Shown here piece after piece: positions 1 through 6,766 of a DNA stretch of 8,176 nucleotides; positions within the stretch are counted from its first letter, which is position 1; each line of letters opens with the position of its first letter. The notes beneath the pieces were generated by a model. The model was not told the DNA's origin. It searched no databases and worked only from the letters and a program-made list of their open reading frames with translations. This DNA is from a virus (taxonomy: Duplodnaviria > Heunggongvirae > Uroviricota > Caudoviricetes): the IMG/VR virus record IMGVR_UViG_3300029184_000028, one strand, 5' to 3'. Made by a program: the position numbers and the translations under genes.

Positions 1-145
1 CGGGCCGTCTACGGTTCCACAGGATTCAAAGGAGTGAATGCGACCAATAACTGACTTGGTAGCCCCCGCCGTAGCGGTATTTTCTGTTGTATTACAATTA
101 GTTAAATTACTCATATCGCTTCAATTGGCTCTAGTTAACTCTGGT

Positions 146-1141
146 TTATGGACGCATTATGGACATTCCTGACACCGGGTTAAGAGTCACAGCATCTTGT
201 AAGAAATCCGGTGCAAAGTGTGCGTAGGTCATAGTTTGCTGAATGTTAGAATGACCCAGGATGCGCTGCAATGTGATTATGTTACCTCCATTCATTATAA
301 AATGTGTGGCAAATGTATGCCTCAAAACATGTACTGCTTGTCCGTCAGGTAAATCGGGTTTTACTTCCCTGAGAGCGTTACGCACTTTGTAGTAACTGGC
401 ATTAAAAAGCCTGCCTGAATTTTTGGTCTTGATCCGTTTAATCAGGTCCTGCGAAACGGGAATTGTCCTGCGTTTTCCGTTTTTAGTTTTCATAAACGTA
501 ACCATCTGGTTAATGATGTGTTCAGCTTTTAAATTAGACACTTCACTCCAGCGTCCACCAGTAGAAAGGCAGACCAGAGTTGCATTTAATTCATCACCAT
601 CAAGCATGGATAACAGCCGCGTAATCTCTTCACTGGACAAAAAAGCCATTTCCGTAACAGCTTCACGTAACCGTTTAATCTCACGGAACGGGTTGTGGGA
701 GTGGTATTCACCGGCGTCAATTAACTTGGTGAACATCCCGCTCATTATTGCCAGATGTCGATTTACGCTGGCTGGTTTTAGACCATCGTTCATCATTACA
801 ACGCGATAATCAGTTATCGTTTTCTTTGTTAGCTGGTCAGCTCTGGACACTCCCATTTCTGCAAATTTGGCGATTATTGTCGTTAAACGCCCCCGTTCAA
901 TATCTCCACGCTCATGTGATTTTCCGTGATATATCCACCATCTACCTAACAACTCTGTAAGAGTTCGGCGGTCGGCTGGTTTCTCCAACCACTCTTTGTT
1001 GTGGTAGTTAACCAGTACATGACGTTCGAATGCCTGAGCTTCACCTTTAGTTTTAAATTTCCGCCTGATACGTTTTCCATCTGCACCCTGCGGTCTGACG
1101 TCCACTTCATAACGACCATCATCGAGCTTTTTAATAGACAT
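146..1141 (-). CDS. int: Tyrosine-type site-specific integrase (P2-like Int), 331 aa
   Basis: Full ORF with ATG at 1139-1141 preceded by GGAGG at spacing 5; stop TAA at 146-148. C-terminal tyrosine-recombinase signature is visible: TGGRWSE (box I Arg), HVLRHTFATHF (HxxR) and LGHSNIQQTMTYAHF (catalytic Tyr region). Position next to the repressor matches the P2 int-C arrangement. Confidence 0.92.
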   Translation of the reverse strand: MSIKKLDDGRYEVDVRPQGADGKRIRRKFKTKGEAQAFERHVLVNYHNKEWLEKPADRRTLTELLGRWWIYHGKSHERGDIERGRLTTIIAKFAEMGVSRADQLTKKTITDYRVVMMNDGLKPASVNRHLAIMSGMFTKLIDAGEYHSHNPFREIKRLREAVTEMAFLSSEEITRLLSMLDGDELNATLVCLSTGGRWSEVSNLKAEHIINQMVTFMKTKNGKRRTIPVSQDLIKRIKTKNSGRLFNASYYKVRNALREVKPDLPDGQAVHVLRHTFATHFIMNGGNIITLQRILGHSNIQQTMTYAHFAPDFLQDAVTLNPVSGMSIMRP

Positions 1142-1234
1142 AAAGCCCTCCGATGACGCTGTTTACTTCTACTACTTGAAAATTAATGCAATTTTCTTTC
1201 GTACATTTACTACACACATATGCTGAATAAATCG

Positions 1235-1534
1235 TCAGCCAGTCTTCTGGTCTGAGTGGTGCAAGGTTGTTGAGTCTTGCCCAATGTGTGCGAGAGCCGG
1301 GGCTATTTGTCCAGCTGCTGGATCTGTTTCATCAAACATGAACCAGTCACGATACTTGCGAAAGCGTGGATGCTTAAACAGCTTCATACCTGCTTCCATA
1401 GGCATTTTTGATTTTCCTGATTCATATCCATGATATGTGTAGTAATTAATTCCAATTAATTCAGCAAGTTCCTTAGTTTTAAGGCGTTCGGATTCACGGA
1501 TGAGCTTTAGTTTCTCACTTTGTTTACTTGACAT
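1235..1534 (-). CDS. C: Immunity repressor, P2 C-like small HTH protein (~99 aa from ATG 1532-1534; ORF track uses TTG at 1552)
   Basis: Helix-turn-helix-like segment TKELAELIGINYYTYHGYESGKS near the N-terminus; size close to P2 C (~99 aa); divergent from the early operon and co-oriented with int. GGAG at 1547-1550 (minus strand) lies 12 nt upstream of ATG 1532-1534. C-terminal GQIAPALAH..GQKTG matches my recollection of P2 C, unverified. Confidence 0.7.
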   Translation of the reverse strand: MSSKQSEKLKLIRESERLKTKELAELIGINYYTYHGYESGKSKMPMEAGMKLFKHPRFRKYRDWFMFDETDPAAGQIAPALAHIGQDSTTLHHSDQKTG

Positions 1535-1552
1535 AATTTTGCTAATCTCCAA

Positions 1553-1627
1553 TTATATTGCTACTTGGCAATTTGTGATTCACTCAAAAAGGCTCTAGAT
1601 GGCTCCAGTTGGTGAATCGCAAATCTT
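1553..1627. promoter_or_regulatory. Early developmental switch region between repressor and cox (expected Pe/Pc promoters and operators)
   Basis: 75-bp intergenic region between divergent genes. Contains direct repeats GGCTCTAG (1591-1598) and GGCTCCAG (1601-1608), flanked by an inverted repeat ATTTGTGATTCAC (1571-1583) / GGTGAATCGCAAAT (1611-1624; 12 of 13 complementary). A TATAAT hexamer is present on the minus strand at 1552-1557. Exact promoter assignment is not resolved. Confidence 0.5.
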
Positions 1628-1999
1628 ATGGAGGATAGCAAAGTGACGACAAATGTAGAAATTTCTTGTCCAACTAGCGATGAGGCAAGTTTCGAAAACG
1701 AAGCCAAACGTAAAAGCATTCAGATTTCAGAGCGCCCATCTGATTTGCTGTCGAAAGAAGGGTTTGCTCTTTACATCGGTAAGACACCACGCGCGGTGGC
1801 TGAAATGGCTAAAGCAGGAAAGCTGCCAGCCTTCTACATGACAGACCCATTAAAACCAAGAGGGAAAGCTGAATTATGGGTAAATCGTCGTGAGTGGGAT
1901 AAGTATGCGGCACAACTGGTCGAAGAAGCTCCAACCGAATGGCATGACTGGAAAAATCGCATTAGTTACAGCAAATCAAGACATGGCCGTGCGGCTTAA
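1628..1999 (+). CDS. cox: Cox-like excisionase / early transcriptional regulator (start uncertain: ATG 1628, or GTG 1643 with better RBS)
   Basis: First gene of the rightward operon, opposite the repressor. Contains a putative DNA-binding segment EGFALYIGKTPRAVAEMAKAGKLPAFYMTDP that resembles my recollection of P2 Cox. GGAGG at 1631-1635 sits 7 nt before GTG 1643. Stop TAA at 1997-1999. Confidence 0.55.
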   Translation: MEDSKVTTNVEISCPTSDEASFENEAKRKSIQISERPSDLLSKEGFALYIGKTPRAVAEMAKAGKLPAFYMTDPLKPRGKAELWVNRREWDKYAAQLVEEAPTEWHDWKNRISYSKSRHGRAA

Positions 2000-2009
2000 G
2001 GTGGAAAGG

Positions 2010-2180
2010 ATGAATGAGCCTCGTTGTATTGCTCAGTTATTGCGTAACGAAAGCCCCAGGGCGATTGACTTCACCATCACCCACGGGAAGGGACGCAAGG
2101 GAATCATTATCCGCACCAAAAAACAGAGTCCGTTAAAAAAGGCTCTGACCTTTCTGAAAAGCCGGAGGGTCTGGAAATGA
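2010..2180 (+). CDS. Small hypothetical early protein (~56 aa; P2 orf78 position)
   Basis: In-frame ATG at 2010 (alternative ATG at 1983) following GGTGG at 2000-2004. Stop TGA at 2178-2180 overlaps the ATG of the next gene (ATGA), indicating translational coupling. No recognisable domain. Confidence 0.35.
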   Translation: MNEPRCIAQLLRNESPRAIDFTITHGKGRKGIIIRTKKQSPLKKALTFLKSRRVWK

Positions 2181-2677
2181 CAGTGATGACGCTCAATCTC
2201 GTTGAAAAACAGCCAGCAGCTATGCGCCGGATAATTGGTAAGCATCTGGCCGTCCCTCGCTGGCAGGAGACATGCGATTATTATAATCAGATGATGGAAC
2301 GCGAACGGCTAACGGTTTGCTTCCATGCGCAGTTAAAACAGCGTCACGCAACGATGCGTTTTGAAGAAATGAACGACGTCGAACGTGAACGGCTGGTTTG
2401 CGCAATTGATGAATTGCGTGGGGCATTCTCAAAACGCCGTCAGGTTGGCGCAAGTGAGTATGCATATATTAGTTTTTTAACAGTCAGTCAGCGTCGTACT
2501 TTATTTATGCATGCCGGATTGACTGAAAAAGAATTCAACCAGCCATACTGGCGAATTAATGAAGAATCATGTTACTGGCGTGATGCTTTATTCCGTGCAT
2601 TACGTGAATTATTCAGCCTGTTTGAGTATGCACCGACAATTCTGACGTCGGTAAAACCAGAGCAATATCTGCATTAA
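2177..2677 (+). CDS. B: P2 B-like replication protein (166 aa)
   Basis: ATG 2177 preceded by GGAGGG at 2165-2170 (spacing 6); stop TAA at 2675-2677. Length matches my recollection of P2 B (166 aa) and the gene is in the syntenic position between cox and A. Assignment rests on synteny and size, not on a motif. Confidence 0.6.
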   Translation: MTVMTLNLVEKQPAAMRRIIGKHLAVPRWQETCDYYNQMMERERLTVCFHAQLKQRHATMRFEEMNDVERERLVCAIDELRGAFSKRRQVGASEYAYISFLTVSQRRTLFMHAGLTEKEFNQPYWRINEESCYWRDALFRALRELFSLFEYAPTILTSVKPEQYLH

Positions 2678-2740
2678 ATAATTAACCAGAGTTTTTAACG
2701 TACTTAATCGTGCGGGGCTTCTTTTTGCCTGGAGAAAGTC

Positions 2741-2965
2741 ATGCATACAGTTTCTGAAAACAAGTGCGGTAAATACGCATTACTGCTGCAACAGGCCAGA
2801 GCCGAAGCACAGGCCGACGCAGCGACACGCTTTTCTTCTCATCTTGACGCCATGATTCGCCATATCACAAAGGCGGAGTTATCCCGCGTGGAGATAGTCG
2901 AGCTGCTCAGTCAAGAGTCGGAAAAATTTCACAATATCGGATTGTCTCGCGGGGAGGTGCTTTGA
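2741..2965 (+). CDS. Hypothetical small early protein (74 aa; P2 orf80 position)
   Basis: ATG 2741 preceded by GGAG at 2731-2734 (spacing 6). Stop TGA at 2963-2965 overlaps the next start (TGATG). Confidence 0.6.
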   Translation: MHTVSENKCGKYALLLQQARAEAQADAATRFSSHLDAMIRHITKAELSRVEIVELLSQESEKFHNIGLSRGEVL

Positions 2966-3267
2966 TGTCCTGTTCTCATTCAGTTGTATTACTGAATAAC
3001 GCCTTAAAAATCGCCGTTATGAAAAATGGCGATTTGTCTCTTATTCAAATTTGCCTTGATAAAGAAAAACGCGAAATAACTGAGTCTGTTATCGCGATTT
3101 ATCAGAACGAATTAAATCTCCTGTCTGATGTGGTCAATTTACTTGTTAAACGCGCTGTATTCCACAAGCAAATTTCCTCAGTGGATGAACTGACAAAATT
3201 AACGACAGAAATTGCCAGCTATTGCGCTGATGAATTTAAAAAACTTAACGACAAAAGGAGCTGGTAA
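2965..3267 (+). CDS. Hypothetical small early protein (100 aa; P2 orf81 position)
   Basis: ATG 2965 preceded by GGGGAGG at 2951-2957. Stop TAA at 3265-3267 overlaps the next start (TAATG). Codon usage is more AT-rich than its neighbours. Confidence 0.6.
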   Translation: MSCSHSVVLLNNALKIAVMKNGDLSLIQICLDKEKREITESVIAIYQNELNLLSDVVNLLVKRAVFHKQISSVDELTKLTTEIASYCADEFKKLNDKRSW

Positions 3268-3488
3268 TGCCGGACAACGTAGATTTTATTCAGGAACAAC
3301 AGGCTGAATTACTGGAGCGCCAGATTAACGCGGCAAGGGTAAAGCATTGCGGTGTTTCTGCGCTGGTTTGCGAAGAGTGTGACGCGCCAATACCTGCTGC
3401 CCGTCGTGCGNNNNNNNNNNNNNNNNNTTGTGTTTCCTGCCAGTCAGTCTTTGAAGCAAAAAACAAACATTACCGGAGAACGGCATGA
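3267..3488 (+). CDS. TraR/DksA-family C4 zinc-finger protein (73 aa; interrupted by a 17-N run)
   Basis: Paired CxxC motifs (CEEC ... CVSC) with spacing typical of the TraR/DksA C4 zinc finger. ATG 3267 preceded by AGGAG at 3256-3260. Reading frame is continuous across the N-run at 3411-3427. Stop TGA at 3486-3488 overlaps the next ATG. Confidence 0.75.
   Translation: MPDNVDFIQEQQAELLERQINAARVKHCGVSALVCEECDAPIPAARRAXXXXXXCVSCQSVFEAKNKHYRRTA
3411..3427. other. Run of 17 ambiguous bases (N): assembly gap or masked bases
   Basis: Directly visible in the sequence; lies inside the zinc-finger gene between its two CxxC pairs. Confidence 1.
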
Positions 3489-3760
3489 GTATTCGTATTG
3501 AAATTGGCGAACGTTATGTCGTTACCAGTGACAGCTTTCAGTTTATTCTCCACGAGAAAAAGAGAGCTGAAAGCGGTAAAAACGCCGGTCAGGAATGGCT
3601 GGCGGTGGTTGGTTATTACCCGAAATTAAGCCAGCTCGTTTCCGGCCTGATGCATCACGATATTCTGACCGGAAGCGCAAAGTCTTTTGCTGATTTAAAC
3701 GCGCAGGTTGAGCAACTCAGCAAGCGTTGTTCAGAGGCTTTTGGCTCATATGGCCGTTAA
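3485..3760 (+). CDS. Hypothetical small early protein (91 aa; P2 orf83 position)
   Basis: ATG 3485 preceded by GGAG at 3473-3476. Stop TAA at 3758-3760 overlaps the likely start of A. No recognisable motif. Confidence 0.6.
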   Translation: MSIRIEIGERYVVTSDSFQFILHEKKRAESGKNAGQEWLAVVGYYPKLSQLVSGLMHHDILTGSAKSFADLNAQVEQLSKRCSEAFGSYGR

Positions 3761-6056
3761 AGCCTCCGGGCGTTTTGTCCCTCCGTCAGTATTTGCCGCA
3801 GGCACCGGTGAGACGTTTACCGGTGCTTATGCATGGAACGCGCCACGCGAGGCCGTCGGGCGCGAAAGACCCCTTACACGTGACGAGATGCGTCAGGTGC
3901 AAGGTGTTTTATCCACGATTAATCGCCTGCCTTACTTTTTGCGCTCGCTGTTTACTTCACGCTATGACTACATCCGGCGCAATAAAAGCCCGGTGCACGG
4001 GTTTTATTTCCTCACATCCACTTTTCAGCGCCGTTTATGGCCGCGTATTGAGCGCGTGAATCAGCGCCATGAAATGAATACCGACGCGTCGTTGCTGTTT
4101 CTGGCAGAGCGTGACCATTATGCGCGTCTGCCGGGGATGAATGACAAGGAGCTGAAAAAGTTTGCCGCCCGTATCTCATCGCAGCTTTTCATGATGTATG
4201 AGGAACTCTGCGATGCATGGGTTGATGCACATGGCGAGAAAGAATCGCTGTTTACAGATGAGGCGCAGGCGCATCTGTATGGTCATGTTGCTGGCGCTGC
4301 ACGTGCTTTCAATATTTCCCCTCTCTACTGGAAAAAATACCGTAAAGGACAGATGACCACGAGGCAGGCATATTCTGCCATTGCCCGTCTGTTTAACGAT
4401 GAGTGGTGGACTCATCAGCTTAAAGGCCAGCGTATGCGCTGGCATGAGGCGTTACTGATTGCTGTCGGGGAGGTCAATAAAGACCGTTCTCCTTATGCCA
4501 GTAAACACGCCATTCGTGATGTGCGTGCGCGCCGCCAGGCAAATCTGGAATTTCTTAAATCGTGTGACCTTGAAAACAGGGAAACCGGCGAGCGCATCGA
4601 CCTTATCAGTAAGGTGATGGGCAGTATTTCTAATCCTGAAATTCGCCGGATGGAGCTGATGAACACCATTGCCGGTATTGAGCGTTACGCCGCCGCAGAG
4701 GGTGATGTGGGGATGTTTATCACGCTGACCGCGCCGTCAAAGTATCACCCGACTCGTCAGGTCAGAAAAGGCGAAAGTAAAACCGTTAAGCTTAATCACG
4801 GCTGGAACGATGAGGCATTTAATCCAAAGGATGCGCAGCGTTATCTCTGCCGCATCTGGAGCCTGATGCGCACGGCATTCAAGGATAATGATTTACAGGT
4901 CTACGGTTTGCGTGTCGTCGAGCCACACCACGACGGAACGCCGCACTGGCATATGATGCTTTTTTGTAATCCACGCCAGCGTAACCAGATTATCGAAATC
5001 ATGCGTCGCTATGCGCTCAAAGAGGATGGCGACGAAAGAGGAGCCGCGCGAAACCGTTTTCAGGCAAAGCACCTTAACCGGGGCGGTGCTGCGGGATATA
5101 TCGCGAAATACATTTCAAAAAATATCGACGGCTATGCACTAGATGGTCAGCTCGATAACGATACCGGTAAGCCGCTTAAAGATACTGCCGCGGCTGTTAC
5201 CGCATGGGCGTCAACGTGGCGCATCCCGCAATTTAAAACGGTTGGACTGCCGACAATGGGGGCTTACCGTGAACTACGCAAATTGCCTCGCGGCGTCAGT
5301 ATTGCTGATGAGTTTGACGAACGCGTCGAGGCTGCTCGCGCTGCCGCAGACAGTGGTGATTTTGCGTTGTATATCAGCGCGCAGGGTGGGGCAAATGTCC
5401 CGCGCGATTGCCAGACTGTCAGGGTCGCCCGTAGCCCGTCGGATGACGTTAACGAGTACGAGGAAGAAGTCGAGAGAGTGGTCGGCATTTACGCGCCGCA
5501 TCTCGGCGCGCGTCATATTCATATCACCAGAACGACGGACTGGCGCATTGTTCCGAAAGTGCCGGTCGTTGAGCCTTTAACTTTAAAAAGCGGCATCGCC
5601 GCGCCTCGGAGTCCTGTCAATAACTGTGGAAAGCTCACCGGTGGTGATACTTCGTTACCGGCTCCCACACCTTCTGAGCACGCCGCAGCAGTGCTTAATC
5701 TGGTTGATGACGGTGTTATCGAATGGAATGACCCGGAGGTCGTGAGGGCGCTCAGGGGCGCATTAAAACACGGCCTGAGAACACCAAACCGTCAGCAAAG
5801 AAACGGAAGCCCGTTAAAACCGAATGAAATAGCGCCATCGGCCAGGCTGACCCGGTCGGAGCGTATGCAAATTACCCGTATCCGTGTTGACCTTGCTCAG
5901 AACGGCATCTGGCCTCAGCGATGGGAACTTGAGGCGCTGGCGCGTGGCGCGACCGTAAATTATGACGGGAAAAAATTCACGTATCCGGTCACTGATGAGT
6001 GGCCGGGATTCTCAACAGTAATGGAGTGGACATCATGGCAAAAATTCACGAGGTAA
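3750..6056 (+). CDS. A: Replication initiation endonuclease A (HUH-superfamily rolling-circle initiator, ~769 aa from ATG 3750; ORF track starts at TTG 3708)
   Basis: HUH-type metal-binding motif EPHHDGTPHWHMMLF and a paired-tyrosine active site AGYIAKYISKNIDG (Y-x3-Y), as in phiX174 gpA / P2 A nickases. Length is close to P2 A (761 aa) and the gene is last in the early operon. Stop TAA at 6054-6056. Confidence 0.92.
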   Translation: MAVKASGRFVPPSVFAAGTGETFTGAYAWNAPREAVGRERPLTRDEMRQVQGVLSTINRLPYFLRSLFTSRYDYIRRNKSPVHGFYFLTSTFQRRLWPRIERVNQRHEMNTDASLLFLAERDHYARLPGMNDKELKKFAARISSQLFMMYEELCDAWVDAHGEKESLFTDEAQAHLYGHVAGAARAFNISPLYWKKYRKGQMTTRQAYSAIARLFNDEWWTHQLKGQRMRWHEALLIAVGEVNKDRSPYASKHAIRDVRARRQANLEFLKSCDLENRETGERIDLISKVMGSISNPEIRRMELMNTIAGIERYAAAEGDVGMFITLTAPSKYHPTRQVRKGESKTVKLNHGWNDEAFNPKDAQRYLCRIWSLMRTAFKDNDLQVYGLRVVEPHHDGTPHWHMMLFCNPRQRNQIIEIMRRYALKEDGDERGAARNRFQAKHLNRGGAAGYIAKYISKNIDGYALDGQLDNDTGKPLKDTAAAVTAWASTWRIPQFKTVGLPTMGAYRELRKLPRGVSIADEFDERVEAARAAADSGDFALYISAQGGANVPRDCQTVRVARSPSDDVNEYEEEVERVVGIYAPHLGARHIHITRTTDWRIVPKVPVVEPLTLKSGIAAPRSPVNNCGKLTGGDTSLPAPTPSEHAAAVLNLVDDGVIEWNDPEVVRALRGALKHGLRTPNRQQRNGSPLKPNEIAPSARLTRSERMQITRIRVDLAQNGIWPQRWELEALARGATVNYDGKKFTYPVTDEWPGFSTVMEWTSWQKFTR
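5601..5620 (+). other. Putative origin of replication / A-protein nick site inside the A coding sequence
   Basis: Sequence GCGCCTCGGAGTCCTGTCAA matches my recollection of the P2 ori nick region, which is known to lie within gene A. Recalled, not checked against a database. Confidence 0.45.
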
Positions 6057-6487
6057 AGCTTCACGCAAAATATTTCGACCTTGTGCTGGAAGGAAAGAAA
6101 CGTGCAGAGTTTCGGAAAAATGACCGTAATTATGAGCGCGGGGACACGCTGATTTTGCATGAATGGGTGCAGGGTGTGTTTACGGGGCGAAAGGTTGAAG
6201 CCCGGATAACAGATGTTACTGACCTGTCAGACTGGCTGGAAGATTATGTCTTGCTAAGTATTGAGCTGCTTAATACAAGCGCATATGAGATTGTGAACTG
6301 GAAAGAACTTAGTGAGCGTGGTCTGGTATTCAGAATTAATCATGAAATTATGCATCAGCTCGGCCTTGCTGTTATGTATGAACCAGAGACGGGGATGTCT
6401 GGCGGGGCAATGGTTGCCACGGATGGAGCATGGAACTATTCAGATGAACAGATTGAGAGTGCAAAGCAAAACGGGTGGCTTGGATAA
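6035..6487 (+). CDS. DUF3850/ASCH-like protein with unassigned C-terminal extension (~150 aa)
   Basis: ATG 6035 preceded by GGAG at 6023-6026 (spacing 8); overlaps the end of A by 22 nt. N-terminal segment KLHAKYFDLVLEGKKRAEFRKNDRNYERGDTLILHEW resembles the DUF3850/ASCH fold signature. Stop TAA at 6485-6487. Confidence 0.6.
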   Translation: MAKIHEVKLHAKYFDLVLEGKKRAEFRKNDRNYERGDTLILHEWVQGVFTGRKVEARITDVTDLSDWLEDYVLLSIELLNTSAYEIVNWKELSERGLVFRINHEIMHQLGLAVMYEPETGMSGGAMVATDGAWNYSDEQIESAKQNGWLG

Positions 6488-6693
6488 TGCACGGAATACC
6501 AGGCGAGATACCGCAACATAACACTAAAAATATCAAGCTGATGGCTATTGTTCACCGTCTACAGCAGATTATGGTCAACGAAAATCTGACGCCTGACGAG
6601 CTGGTCGGGTGTGCTGAAATAGTCCGGGATAATTACGGGCGGTTTAACTATATCGGTCAGTCCAGAGTTGCGCCACCACCACGCAGACGATAG
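6487..6693 (+). CDS. Small hypothetical protein (68 aa), translationally coupled to the upstream gene
   Basis: ATG 6487 overlaps the upstream stop (TAATG). No RBS of its own and no recognisable motif. Alternative in-frame ATG at 6541. Could be a gene remnant. Confidence 0.3.
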   Translation: MHGIPGEIPQHNTKNIKLMAIVHRLQQIMVNENLTPDELVGCAEIVRDNYGRFNYIGQSRVAPPPRRR

Positions 6694-6766
6694 AGAACGC
6701 CGCCAGTCGTGAAACTTGTTTTCAGGGCTGGCGGGGTTGAACAACGAGCGAAGTGAGGCGTTAGCA

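Noticed and set aside
1-145. Possible tRNA gene as integration target upstream of int
   Set aside because: No T-loop (GGTTCGAATCC-like) or acceptor-stem pattern visible.
423-960. Plus-strand ORFs 423-809 (128 aa) and 748-960 (70 aa)
   Set aside because: Entirely antisense to the well-supported integrase gene; no RBS and low-complexity translations. Treated as frame artefacts.
1890-2180. Long form of ORF 1890-2180 (96 aa) overlapping the 3' end of the Cox-like gene
   Set aside because: The 5' part overlaps cox in another frame. Only the portion from ATG 2010 (or 1983) is plausible and is reported at low confidence.
2033-2465. Minus-strand ORFs 2033-2245 and 2220-2465
   Set aside because: Antisense to the B-like gene and the small early ORF, which fit a coupled operon; no supporting RBS.
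3727-5580. Alternative-frame or antisense ORFs inside A (3727-4059, 4176-4445, 5143-5580, 5264-5488, 5274-5522)
   Set aside because: All nested within the 769-aa A gene, which has clear catalytic motifs. GC-rich sequence commonly yields spurious open frames.
5960-6160. Minus-strand ORF 5960-6160 (66 aa)
   Set aside because: Antisense across the A / DUF3850 gene junction; no RBS.
6700-6734. Hairpin GCCGCCAG / CTGGCGG (7-bp stem, 21-nt loop) between the convergent genes, considered as a bidirectional terminator
   Set aside because: Large loop and no U-tract on either strand, so it is not a convincing intrinsic terminator. It may still contribute to transcript end formation.
6559-6744. Minus-strand ORF 6559-6744 (61 aa)
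   Set aside because: Antisense to the small coupled ORF and runs into the convergent intergenic region; no start signal.
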